A DNA stretch of 16,622 bases from Aulosira sp. ZfuVER01 (lineage in GTDB: Bacteria; Cyanobacteriota; Cyanobacteriia; Cyanobacteriales; Nostocaceae): positions 1-16,622 of the forward strand of contig JAVRCV020000078.1 in NCBI GenBank assembly GCA_034530615.2, written 5' to 3'. Both the position numbers and the translations under genes were made by a program. Position 1 is the stretch's first letter, and each line of letters starts with the position of its first letter. The notes under the pieces are model-generated. The model was given only the letters and a program-made list of their open reading frames with translations, did not search any database and was not told the DNA's origin. Of the stretch, positions 1 through 7,418 are shown one piece after another.

Positions 1-53
1 TTTCCGATTTCCTTCCTGATTATACTCCTCCCGTAGTAACAAAAGAGGGATAA
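1..53 (+). CDS. Possible 3' end of an upstream CDS (partial, ...SDFLPDYTPPVVTKEG*)
   Basis: The frame starting at base 3 is open from the window edge to TAA at 51-53. Too short to identify. Confidence 0.3.
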   Translation, partial: SDFLPDYTPPVVTKEG

Positions 54-57
54 TTGC

Positions 58-75
58 TCATACTAAGAGGTAAGA
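58..75. promoter_or_regulatory. Candidate autoregulatory operator of the RHH gene
   Basis: Imperfect inverted repeat TCATAC-N6-GTAAGA (5/6 match) overlaps the GAGG RBS (67-70) and lies just downstream of a GATAAT -10-like hexamer (49-54). This layout is typical of type II TA promoters. Confidence 0.35.
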
Positions 76-78
76 CTG

Positions 79-318
79 ATGATTAAAGTCACCATTACCT
101 TACAAGAAGACATTCTGCAATTTATAGATCGCCAATCACAAGGCAATCGCAGTCGATATATCAACGCACTACTAGCAGAACATCGCCGTCAGATTTTAGA
201 ATCAGAAATGATTGCTGCACTTAAGCAAGATGCAGAAGATCCAGAATATCAGGTTGAAATTTTAGCTTGGGGTACTGTGGTTGGAGATGGGATAAATCCT
301 AACCCGCTACAATACTAA
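79..318 (+). CDS. Ribbon-helix-helix (CopG-like) antitoxin-type protein, MazE/CopG-like
   Basis: N-terminal strand KVTITL, then helices with the RHH motif NRSRYINALL. Acidic C-terminus ends in W...VGDGI, as in antitoxins of PemK/MazF toxins. GAGG RBS present. Confidence 0.7.
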   Translation: MIKVTITLQEDILQFIDRQSQGNRSRYINALLAEHRRQILESEMIAALKQDAEDPEYQVEILAWGTVVGDGINPNPLQY

Positions 319-365
319 AATAGGTTAATATCTACCCTTTTTGTTAACTCCTCAGAAATAAACTT

Positions 366-689
366 ATGAACAATAATCAACCTATCTCAGCATTCTCAAC
401 TAATCCCCGCAATGATCTATTATTAGAAATTGAAAAAACACCAGAAGAAAATATACCAGAGTTACTGCAAATTGTACGTTTATTTCGTCAAAGTATAATG
501 ATGAAACAGACTTCTTTAAATGATTGGGAAAATGCTATAAAGGAAATTAATCATAGCGATCGTACTAAAAAGCAATACAGAAAAACAAACATTAAAAATT
601 TATTCGATTCATGGAATGAGTTAGATGAACAGCAAGAACAACAAGAAACCTTAGAAATTATTAAATCTATGAATGGCATTTCTATTTAA
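366..689 (+). CDS. Hypothetical protein, probable antitoxin of the downstream PIN toxin
   Basis: 107-aa helical protein with acidic C-terminal LFDSWNELDEQQEQQETL, ending 6 bp before a PIN-domain gene. Confidence 0.6.
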   Translation: MNNNQPISAFSTNPRNDLLLEIEKTPEENIPELLQIVRLFRQSIMMKQTSLNDWENAIKEINHSDRTKKQYRKTNIKNLFDSWNELDEQQEQQETLEIIKSMNGISI

Positions 690-695
690 AATTGC

Positions 696-1145
696 ATGGC
701 AAAGGTTATTATCTTAGATTCTGCACCTGTGGGATTAATTACTAATCCAAAAGCCACGCCTCTAGCTGTGCAATGCCAAAAATGGTTTTATTCCCTCTTT
801 GAGAGAGACTATGAAGTAATTTTACCGGAAATTATAGATTATGAAATTAGACGAGAATTGTTGAGAGCAAATAAATTATCAGGAATTAAAAAACTTAATC
901 AACTTAAGTCAGAAATTATTTATCTTCCTATTACGACGAAAGTTATGTTAAAAGCAGCAGAGTTATGGGCACAAGTCAGAAATCAAGGTAAACCCACAGC
1001 AGATAATAAAGCTCTAGATGGTGATGTGATTTTGGCATCTCAAGCGATTTTAGTAGCTAATTATGGACATGAGGTTGTTATCGCTACAAGTAATAAAAAA
1101 CATCTATCCGTGTTTATTGATGCTAGAGAATGGCAAGAAATTTAG
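696..1145 (+). CDS. PIN-domain ribonuclease (VapC-like toxin)
   Basis: PIN pattern: VIILDS, DYEIRRELLR, AAELWA, DGDVILA, IATSNKKH; 149 aa. Confidence 0.85.
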   Translation: MAKVIILDSAPVGLITNPKATPLAVQCQKWFYSLFERDYEVILPEIIDYEIRRELLRANKLSGIKKLNQLKSEIIYLPITTKVMLKAAELWAQVRNQGKPTADNKALDGDVILASQAILVANYGHEVVIATSNKKHLSVFIDAREWQEI

Positions 1146-1158
1146 AAGGTGATAATGA

Positions 1159-1230
1159 GCGATCGCTTTTTTTAGCTTACACAGAGGTGCAGAGACTCAG
1201 AGGAGTAAGAGAAGAGGGCGATAGCTTTTT
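1159..1230. repeat. HIP1 / degenerate-HIP1 bracketed segment with CAGAG-type short repeats
   Basis: GCGATCGC-TTTTT at 1159 and GCGATAGC-TTTTT at 1218 enclose CACAGAGG-TGCAGAGA-CTCAGAGG. Confidence 0.55.
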
Positions 1231-1314
1231 ATAGTTTTTATATAATAAAAGTGATAAGTCGTAAACTGTCGTGACCGTAGGGAAAATGAATATTAAGTTT
1301 TAATTTGAGAGAAT

Positions 1315-2148
1315 ATGATTATTTTTAGTTTATATTTTTGGATTCAAACTCAATTTGAAATTTTTTATCAAACTGTAAGTGTATTTTTTCATAAATTTGA
1401 ATCTCCTAGAGACTATTTAACTGCTTTTAATATCTTACTAACTATTAGTTTAGCCATTTGGAATTTTCATAAGACGCAGGAAAAATTTGAAACGGTAAAC
1501 TATCCTGTTTTAAAAGCAGAGCTAGAATTACCAATATTAACAAAAGACCAGTACAAACTCTTTCCTATCTATCCTAATTATAAAATTACTAATATAAGTG
1601 ATAAAAAAGCTGTTGATATTAAGATTGAAGTCAAGATATACTCCTTAAAAAGGAAGTATAAAATTTGGCAATCTTGTTGGTTAGAGAGAACTATAACTAA
1701 ATTTGATACATTAGAACCAAACGCAGAATTTAAATTTACAGAATATTTTCTAGAATATCAAATTTTTATGGGCAGATTGTTAGACAAAAGAGTAGCAAAA
1801 GAATATATAGAACAAAAATATAAAGAAAATGTTCTTATAAAAGCATTTATAAAAGTTACTTATAGTCCTGTACTTTACCATGCCAAAAGACTGAAAGTTC
1901 GTAACAATTATCATCTTATTCTCCAGCGTGCTTATGGAATAGACTTCACAAAATTAGATTTACTTTTTTTACTACCAAGCCTTTTAAAACTAAATGAAGA
2001 GACAGTTCTATCGTTACTTAACCAGTTTTTTATCTATGAAAAGTTGCTATCTAAGCTAGAATTGCCAGAAATGATAAAATATCGTACCCATTATTGGCAA
2101 CTTCAAGAAATAAAAAAATCTGGTAAGTTTCCATTGAGATGGTTTTAG
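1315..2148 (+). CDS. Hypothetical AT-rich protein with probable N-terminal membrane anchor
   Basis: 277-codon open frame in very AT-rich DNA, unlikely by chance. Hydrophobic segment YLTAFNILLTISLAIWNF. TATAAT at 1241-1246. No family recognised. Confidence 0.65.
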   Translation: MIIFSLYFWIQTQFEIFYQTVSVFFHKFESPRDYLTAFNILLTISLAIWNFHKTQEKFETVNYPVLKAELELPILTKDQYKLFPIYPNYKITNISDKKAVDIKIEVKIYSLKRKYKIWQSCWLERTITKFDTLEPNAEFKFTEYFLEYQIFMGRLLDKRVAKEYIEQKYKENVLIKAFIKVTYSPVLYHAKRLKVRNNYHLILQRAYGIDFTKLDLLFLLPSLLKLNEETVLSLLNQFFIYEKLLSKLELPEMIKYRTHYWQLQEIKKSGKFPLRWF

Positions 2149-2197
2149 TAGATTAGCTAAATAATAATAAATATCGAATATAAAAACATTTTTATGT

Positions 2198-2238
2198 AAA
2201 AAAACTCGCCCTAGGAATATCAAACTCCCAAGGCAAGT
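2198..2238 (-). terminator. Rho-independent terminator of the pnt operon
   Basis: Minus-strand RNA ACUUGCCUUGGGA-(9 nt)-UCCUAGGGCGAGU followed by a U-tract. The 13-bp stem pairs fully only on this strand (3 G-U pairs) and lies 76 bp after the pntB stop. Confidence 0.85.
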
Positions 2239-2260
2239 CAACTCTCTAATTATTTCTTTA

Positions 2261-2313
2261 CTTCGCGTTCTTCGCGTCTACCCTGAGGTAACGGCTTCGC
2301 CGAAGGTGGTTCG
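2261..2313. repeat. CTTCGCGT-type repeat with an embedded double mini-hairpin (small dispersed repeat-like)
   Basis: CTTCGCGTT-CTTCGCGTC, then TACC-CTGA-GGTA (2279-2290) and CGGC-TTC-GCCG (2292-2302). Confidence 0.5.
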
Positions 2314-3717
2314 TTAAAGCTGCTTCACTTCCGAAACCAACTTCGCCACCATATCCTTCGCACTACCAAAGAGCATCGTAGTTTTATCCTTGTAGAACAA
2401 CTCATTATCTACACCGGCAAAACCTGTACTCATCCCGCGCTTAATCACAATTGTCTGCTTCGCCCGATCTACTTCCAAAATCGGCATTCCAAAAATTGGG
2501 CTATTAACATCAGTACGCGCCGCTGGATTCACTACATCATTTGCCCCAATCACTAAAGCTACGTCTGCTTGCTCAAATTGAGGATTAATATCATCCATGT
2601 CATACAACTGGGTGTAAGGCACATTTGCCTCAGCCAGTAACACATTCATGTGTCCTGGCATTCTGCCAGCAACAGGGTGAATGGCATACTTAACATCAAC
2701 GCCCATCCGTTCTAGTTGATCTGTTAATTCCCGGACACTATGTTGTGCTTGAGCAACAGCCATCCCATAACCAGGCACAATTACTACAGAACGAGCATAA
2801 CCCAACATCATCGCGCCTTCTTCAGGATCGATACTGCGGACAGTTTGATCGGTTGCAGTACCGCCAGCAGCACCAGCAGCAGCACCACCGGTACCGAAAG
2901 CACTGAACAGCACGCTGAAGAGGGAACGGTTCATCGCTTTACACATAATCTCGGTGAGGATGATCCCGGAGGCTCCCACCAATGCGCCAGCGATGATTAA
3001 CATATTGTTCATCACCACGAAACCAGCTGCGGCTGCGGCTATCCCTGACAAAGAGTTCAACAGCGAAATTACTACTGGCATATCGCCGCCACCAATGGGG
3101 ATGACGAACATCACACCCAATACTAAGGAAACAGCAACTACTGCTAAGAAGATGGGTAAGCTATCTGGTGTAACGATCAAGTAGGCACTACCTACCACAT
3201 AAGCACCCAGAAGTAAGAGGTTAAATGGTTGCTGAAAAGGAAATGTAATCGGGGAACCGCTAATTAAGCCTTGCAACTTTGCAAAGGCGAGAAAACTACC
3301 TGTGAAAGTGACACCACCAATTAACACATCCAGTAGCATGGAAATGTTGACATCAAGGGGTACGGGTGCGCCAGAATCCAATAACCGCCAGAATTCAGCA
3401 ACGGCGACTAATGCGGAAGCTGCACCACCTAAGCCGTTGAGTAAACCCACCATTTGGGGCATTTCCGTCATTTGGACTTTGTAGGCTGCGATCGCACCAA
3501 TAGCAGATCCAATTGCCAAGCCTAACAAAATCATCTCGTAGTTCAACACGTGTTGATCTAACATGGTGGCGACAATTGCCAGCAGCATCCCCACGGCGGC
3601 TACAACATTACCGTTCCGTGCTGTTGCAGGTGAACCTAGCTTTTTTAATCCGAGAATAAATAAGGATGCAGCGACTAAGTACGTCAGCTGAATTCCAGTT
3701 GGTAGAAAATCGCTCAC
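2314..3717 (-). CDS. pntB: NAD(P) transhydrogenase subunit beta
   Basis: Membrane domain with TEMPQMV, GGGDMPVVISLLNS and CKAMNRS. Domain III motifs VPGYGMAVAQAQH, IHPVAGRMPGHMNVLLAEA and GANDVVNPAA. GTG start overlaps the upstream stop (GTGA); AGGAG RBS. Confidence 0.98.
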   Translation of the reverse strand: MSDFLPTGIQLTYLVAASLFILGLKKLGSPATARNGNVVAAVGMLLAIVATMLDQHVLNYEMILLGLAIGSAIGAIAAYKVQMTEMPQMVGLLNGLGGAASALVAVAEFWRLLDSGAPVPLDVNISMLLDVLIGGVTFTGSFLAFAKLQGLISGSPITFPFQQPFNLLLLGAYVVGSAYLIVTPDSLPIFLAVVAVSLVLGVMFVIPIGGGDMPVVISLLNSLSGIAAAAAGFVVMNNMLIIAGALVGASGIILTEIMCKAMNRSLFSVLFSAFGTGGAAAGAAGGTATDQTVRSIDPEEGAMMLGYARSVVIVPGYGMAVAQAQHSVRELTDQLERMGVDVKYAIHPVAGRMPGHMNVLLAEANVPYTQLYDMDDINPQFEQADVALVIGANDVVNPAARTDVNSPIFGMPILEVDRAKQTIVIKRGMSTGFAGVDNELFYKDKTTMLFGSAKDMVAKLVSEVKQL

Positions 3718-4007
3718 GCCTTAATCTCCTTTTTCTTAAACATTTGCAACATTCTGTCTGTGACTAAGAAACCGCCTACAACGTTGACTGTTGCTAGTAC
3801 CACAGCAATTAAACCGAGAATAACTGCCACACTTGTCTCTCTGGCACCAGAAGCCACTATAGCTCCTAGTACAGCAATGCCAGAAATCGCGTTTGAGCCT
3901 GACATTAACGGTGTATGCAAGGTAGGCGGCACTTTGTTGATGACTTCAAAGCCGATAAAAGATGCCAGCACAAATACAAACAAAGCAGCAAGTAATGCCT
4001 CTGTCAT
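3714..4007 (-). CDS. pntAB: NAD(P) transhydrogenase subunit alpha part 2 (membrane)
   Basis: VPPTLHTPLMSGSNAISG and NVVGGFLVTDRMLQMF motifs; AGGAG RBS. Confidence 0.96.
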   Translation of the reverse strand: MTEALLAALFVFVLASFIGFEVINKVPPTLHTPLMSGSNAISGIAVLGAIVASGARETSVAVILGLIAVVLATVNVVGGFLVTDRMLQMFKKKEIKA

Positions 4008-4032
4008 GAAATCAAAACTCCTTCTGAATTAA

Positions 4033-4131
4033 TGGGCATTGGGCATTGGGCATGGAGCATTGCGCATGGGGCATTTATTATGTCCCCTTGTCTCCCTTGT
4101 CTCCCTTGTCCCCTAATCCCTATTCCCTAAC
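4033..4131. repeat. STRR cluster: six TGGGCAT-like heptamers, four TGTC(T)CCCT 8/9-mers, three CCCTAAT-like heptamers
   Basis: Read directly at 4033-4074, 4081-4114 and 4111-4131. Confidence 0.9.
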
Positions 4132-5296
4132 TAACCGCCGATTGCTTCAAAGCTGCTAAAGCTTCGCTGACTCGTGAATTGCGAATTTCACCTGCGTGGC
4201 TGACGCAAGCCGCATCAACTATGTCATCGGCAAAGTCTACCTGCAAAGCTTTGTCTTTATTAATCAGTAATTGCATCAATGATGTCAGGTTCTTAGCATA
4301 CAACTGGCTAGCGTGGACTGGCATTGATGATGGGAGATTGATCGGCCCGATGATTGTAATGCCGTTCCACACGATGTCTTTACCGGGATCGGTGCAAGCG
4401 CAGTTACCACCTTGTTCGGCGGCTAAGTCTACAATCACTGAACCTGGCTTCATCTGTTTCACCATTTCTTCAGTGACTAACAGAGGTGCTTTTTTACCTG
4501 GAACTTGGGCTGTAGTAATCACCACATCGGCATTTTTGACATGTTCGGTAACGACTTCTTGAGTGCGTTGCTTGCTAGCTTCGGAAATTTCTTTGGCATA
4601 GCCGCCAGCTGCAACGGTTTCTTCTTCGAGTTTAACTTCGACGAATTTTGCCCCTAAGCTTTGGACTTCCTCTTTGACAGCAGGACGAATATCAAAGGCT
4701 TCTACTACTGCTCCCAAGCGTCTAGCGGTGGCGATCGCTTGCAAGCCTGCCACACCTGCTCCCATGATAAATATTTTAGCTGGGGCGATCGTGCCTGCGG
4801 CGGTGGTCAGCATGGGGAAATATTTCGGTAATGCTGCGGCGGCAATTAATACAGATTTATAACCTGCTAAAGAAGCTTGCGACGACAATGCATCCATGCT
4901 TTGCGCCCTGGTAGTCCTGGGGATCATTTCCATACTCAAGGCTGTGACTTGGCGATTTGCCAGGTGCTGCACAACCAAAGGATTACCTAAAGGATTAAGG
5001 AAGCTAATTAATACAGATCCTGCTTTGAGAAAATCGATCTCAGATCGTCCGTCTTCACGTTCTTGTGGGGGACTGACTTTCAATAAAATATCAGCTTCAC
5101 CCCATAATGTAGCGGGATCAGAGATAATTTTGGCTCCTACTGCTTCATAGGCAGCATCACTAAAAAATGCTCGCTCTCCTGCACCTGTTTCTACCCAAAC
5201 TTCTAATCCTTGTTTTACCAATCGGGCAACGATGTCAGGAATTAATGCTACACGACGCTCACCAACTTCTATTTCTTTAGCAACTGCTATTCTCAT
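4127..5296 (-). CDS. pntAA: NAD(P) transhydrogenase subunit alpha part 1 (NAD(H)-binding domain I), 389 aa
   Basis: MRIAVAKE...ERRVA N-terminus, RAQSMDALSSQ, Rossmann motif GAGVAGL, GGYAKE, AAEQGGNC. Start moved from 5377 to the ATG at 5296, which has an AGGAGA RBS (5301-5306). Confidence 0.97.
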   Translation of the reverse strand: MRIAVAKEIEVGERRVALIPDIVARLVKQGLEVWVETGAGERAFFSDAAYEAVGAKIISDPATLWGEADILLKVSPPQEREDGRSEIDFLKAGSVLISFLNPLGNPLVVQHLANRQVTALSMEMIPRTTRAQSMDALSSQASLAGYKSVLIAAAALPKYFPMLTTAAGTIAPAKIFIMGAGVAGLQAIATARRLGAVVEAFDIRPAVKEEVQSLGAKFVEVKLEEETVAAGGYAKEISEASKQRTQEVVTEHVKNADVVITTAQVPGKKAPLLVTEEMVKQMKPGSVIVDLAAEQGGNCACTDPGKDIVWNGITIIGPINLPSSMPVHASQLYAKNLTSLMQLLINKDKALQVDFADDIVDAACVSHAGEIRNSRVSEALAALKQSAVS

Positions 5297-5782
5297 GAAA
5301 TCTCCTGGAGATAAATACCTAATCTCTGCCAAATGTGCAATTTTTTCGCTGAGTTCTTCCCCGTTCTCATGCTGCATAGGCTGGGGATATCAGCCATTGC
5401 TTTTATTTGTAGATTGAACCTTGACCATTTCCTGTTTCAGTGACTTTTCCCTAGGCCAAGCCTCAGTTTGCCATTCACAGATGTCACACTTTCAGACAAT
5501 TTCAATAGGCTTACATACTGCACATCCTATGTTGATTCCCAAATTTTGCATCTGTGTCTTCAGCTTATTTTAGGGATTGAAAAATTTTGTATTCGTCTCT
5601 TACATAGTGCAATATGCATCCACTTAGAAAAACTTGATTATTCCCAAAGTAAAATTTGATGATGACTACTTCGATTCACGCTCGTTTTTATCAATTTAGC
5701 CCAAGTTAACAGGCGATCGCTGATTGTATGGCTCAATTTTTATAACAAAACTCTTACAATTTAGATACACTTATACATATTC

Positions 5783-5813
5783 AGAAACACAATCTCATCA
5801 TGACTGTGTTTCT
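5783..5813. other. Intergenic inverted repeat
   Basis: AGAAACACA (5783-5791) / TGTGTTTCT (5805-5813), perfect 9 bp. Extends to 12 bp with a G-U pair on the minus strand. Confidence 0.5.
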
Positions 5814-6056
5814 ATCTAGCGTCAAAAAGCAGTTCGATGTACGTTAAAAGCTTGTATATAGTGACTCAATCGCTTTGCAAAGCCTAAAGTACTGACTAAG
5901 AACTAATCAGCCAGCAAACAAATCGTTAGTCCGTAAAGGTAGTGAGGTAGAGAAAAACAATGTTGAAAATATTACTTAAGTCCCTCTGGTTCGGAAATCT
6001 CAGACAGATGGCACTTTTAATCACTATTTGCCGTCTCTTTTGAGAAACTCAGTAGT

Positions 6057-6083
6057 AAAGTTTAGTTACGAATACTAAACTTT
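6057..6083. promoter_or_regulatory. Inverted repeat upstream of the DUF2808-rpmH cluster
   Basis: AAAGTTTAGT-N7-ACTAAACTTT, perfect 10-bp arms, 47 bp before the ATG at 6131. Confidence 0.45.
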
Positions 6084-6130
6084 TAGTTATTTAGATAACC
6101 AAGCATACTATCTGATAGAGGAGCTTAACT

Positions 6131-6643
6131 ATGCGACGTTTACTTTCTACTTTAGCCGTGACTAGCTGTTTGCTGACTGGTTTTCAAGCCGTAAGCTGGG
6201 CACAAGGTTTACCTGGATTAACTTTATTCAGCGGTATCAAAAGCGAAAATCAGCTACCATACCGCTTAGATTTTGGTGGGGAACGTGATGGCTGGGATCG
6301 ATATATACTAAGAATTCCCGCCCAAAAAATGAAATTGGCAGTGGCTCAATTTGCTATTTCCTACCCTGATTATTACAAAGGGAATTTTGATCCCAAACAG
6401 ATTGAGGTAAAGGTCAAAGACAAAGCCGTTCCTCTTTCTGAGGTGAAGTGGGATAAAGAAGGTCGGGTGATTCAAATTTATCCCCAAGAGCCAGTACCAG
6501 CGGGCAGTAAGGTAGAAGTGGTGTTATCTAATGTGAAAAACCCCACCTTTGGTGGAGTGTACTATTTTAACTGCCAAATTCTCTCTCCTGGCGATGTACC
6601 ACTCTTGCGTTATTTAGGATCGTGGATTTTGAGTATCAATTAA
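6131..6643 (+). CDS. DUF2808-family exported protein
   Basis: Signal-peptide-like N-terminus ending AVSWA; LSNVKNPTFGGVYYFNC...YLGSW C-terminal pattern of this cyanobacterial family; GAGGAG RBS. Confidence 0.8.
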   Translation: MRRLLSTLAVTSCLLTGFQAVSWAQGLPGLTLFSGIKSENQLPYRLDFGGERDGWDRYILRIPAQKMKLAVAQFAISYPDYYKGNFDPKQIEVKVKDKAVPLSEVKWDKEGRVIQIYPQEPVPAGSKVEVVLSNVKNPTFGGVYYFNCQILSPGDVPLLRYLGSWILSIN

Positions 6644-6646
6644 GTC

Positions 6647-6750
6647 TCATTTGTCCTTTGTCATTGGACGGAGATTGGAGAAGAGGAGACAAGGGGACAA
6701 GAAGGACAGGAAAAAAACTATATGACCCTTGACCTTTGACCCTTGACTCT
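6647..6750. repeat. STRR cluster (TCATTTG-like x3, GGACAAG-containing 8/9-mers, TGACCCT-like x4)
   Basis: Read directly at 6647-6667, about 6685-6710, and 6723-6750. Confidence 0.8.
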
Positions 6751-6782
6751 TTACCGGAATCTCTATCTTTTCCCTGTAATAG

Positions 6783-6791
6783 TGATAAAAT
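6783..6791 (+). promoter_or_regulatory. Candidate extended -10 promoter for rpmH
   Basis: TGaTAAAAT about 45 bp upstream of the rpmH ATG; GAGGAG RBS at 6824-6829. Confidence 0.35.
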
Positions 6792-6835
6792 AAGAGATTG
6801 TGACTTTTTATAAAATCACCTAAGAGGAGTATAGT

Positions 6836-6970
6836 ATGCAAAGAACCCTAGGCGGTACCAACCGTAAAAGAAAAAGAACTTCTGGCTTTCGCGCTAGAAT
6901 GCGTACCCCAGACGGGAGAAACGTGATTAGCGCTAGAAGAAAAAAGGGTCGTCATCGTTTGAGCGTTTAG
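6836..6970 (+). CDS. rpmH: 50S ribosomal protein L34 (44 aa; absent from ORF track)
   Basis: Manual translation [50 protein letters not shown]...GR motif; strong RBS; directly before rnpA. Confidence 0.99.
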   Translation: MQRTLGGTNRKRKRTSGFRARMRTPDGRNVISARRKKGRHRLSV

Positions 6971-6995
6971 GGTAAATTAGGCGAAAATAGCATCT

Positions 6996-7418
6996 GTGGC
7001 TTTGCCCAAAGCGAATCGGCTAAAATCCCGAAAAGATTTCCAGGCAGTTTTCCGAGAGGGAATTCGGCGTCATGGTTCTTATTTCACGTTAAGGGCCCTG
7101 AAACCGCCAGTATCCAAACAACCTTCTTTGGATACTGCCCCTGAGAATACACATTTAACTAATACAGCAAATCTCAATAGCACAAAATTTGGCATTGCCG
7201 TTAGCACAAAAGTCAGCAAGCGTGCAGTAGTTCGCAACCGGATCAAACGGCAAATAACGGTAGCTTTGTATCAGTTGTTGCCCAGATTGTCACCTGGATG
7301 GCGGTTAGTGATAGTTGTGAAACCAACAGCAGCAGAACGAGAGTGCGTAAGCCAACAATATCTGCAAGAATTAGAGCAGTTGTTAGCACAAGCCGAGGTA
7401 CTAGATGGGCATTCGTGA
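6996..7418 (+). CDS. rnpA: Ribonuclease P protein component
   Basis: LPKANRLKSRKDF N-terminus, FGIAVSTKV, RNR motif AVVRNRIKR; GTG start; follows rpmH. Confidence 0.97.
   Translation: MALPKANRLKSRKDFQAVFREGIRRHGSYFTLRALKPPVSKQPSLDTAPENTHLTNTANLNSTKFGIAVSTKVSKRAVVRNRIKRQITVALYQLLPRLSPGWRLVIVVKPTAAERECVSQQYLQELEQLLAQAEVLDGHS

Noticed and set aside
5297..5377. 27-aa N-terminal extension of PntAA in the ORF track
   Set aside because: Family similarity begins at MRIAVAKE, and the RBS lies before 5296.
5374..5408. GGCTG/CAGCC hairpin followed by T-rich run (possible antisense terminator)
   Set aside because: Only a 5-bp core stem; compatible with chance.
2740..5417. Plus-strand ORFs antisense to the pnt genes
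   Set aside because: Shadow frames of strongly conserved minus-strand genes.
5468..5659. 63-aa ORF in the divergent spacer
   Set aside because: TTG start, no RBS, no recognisable motif.
6055..6069. NtcA-like site GTA...TAC
   Set aside because: Spacing is N9 rather than the required N8.
5297..6835. oriC near rpmH
   Set aside because: No dnaA gene and no cluster of DnaA boxes seen.
6647..6841. 64-aa minus-strand ORF
   Set aside because: Runs through STRR repeats and the rpmH start region.
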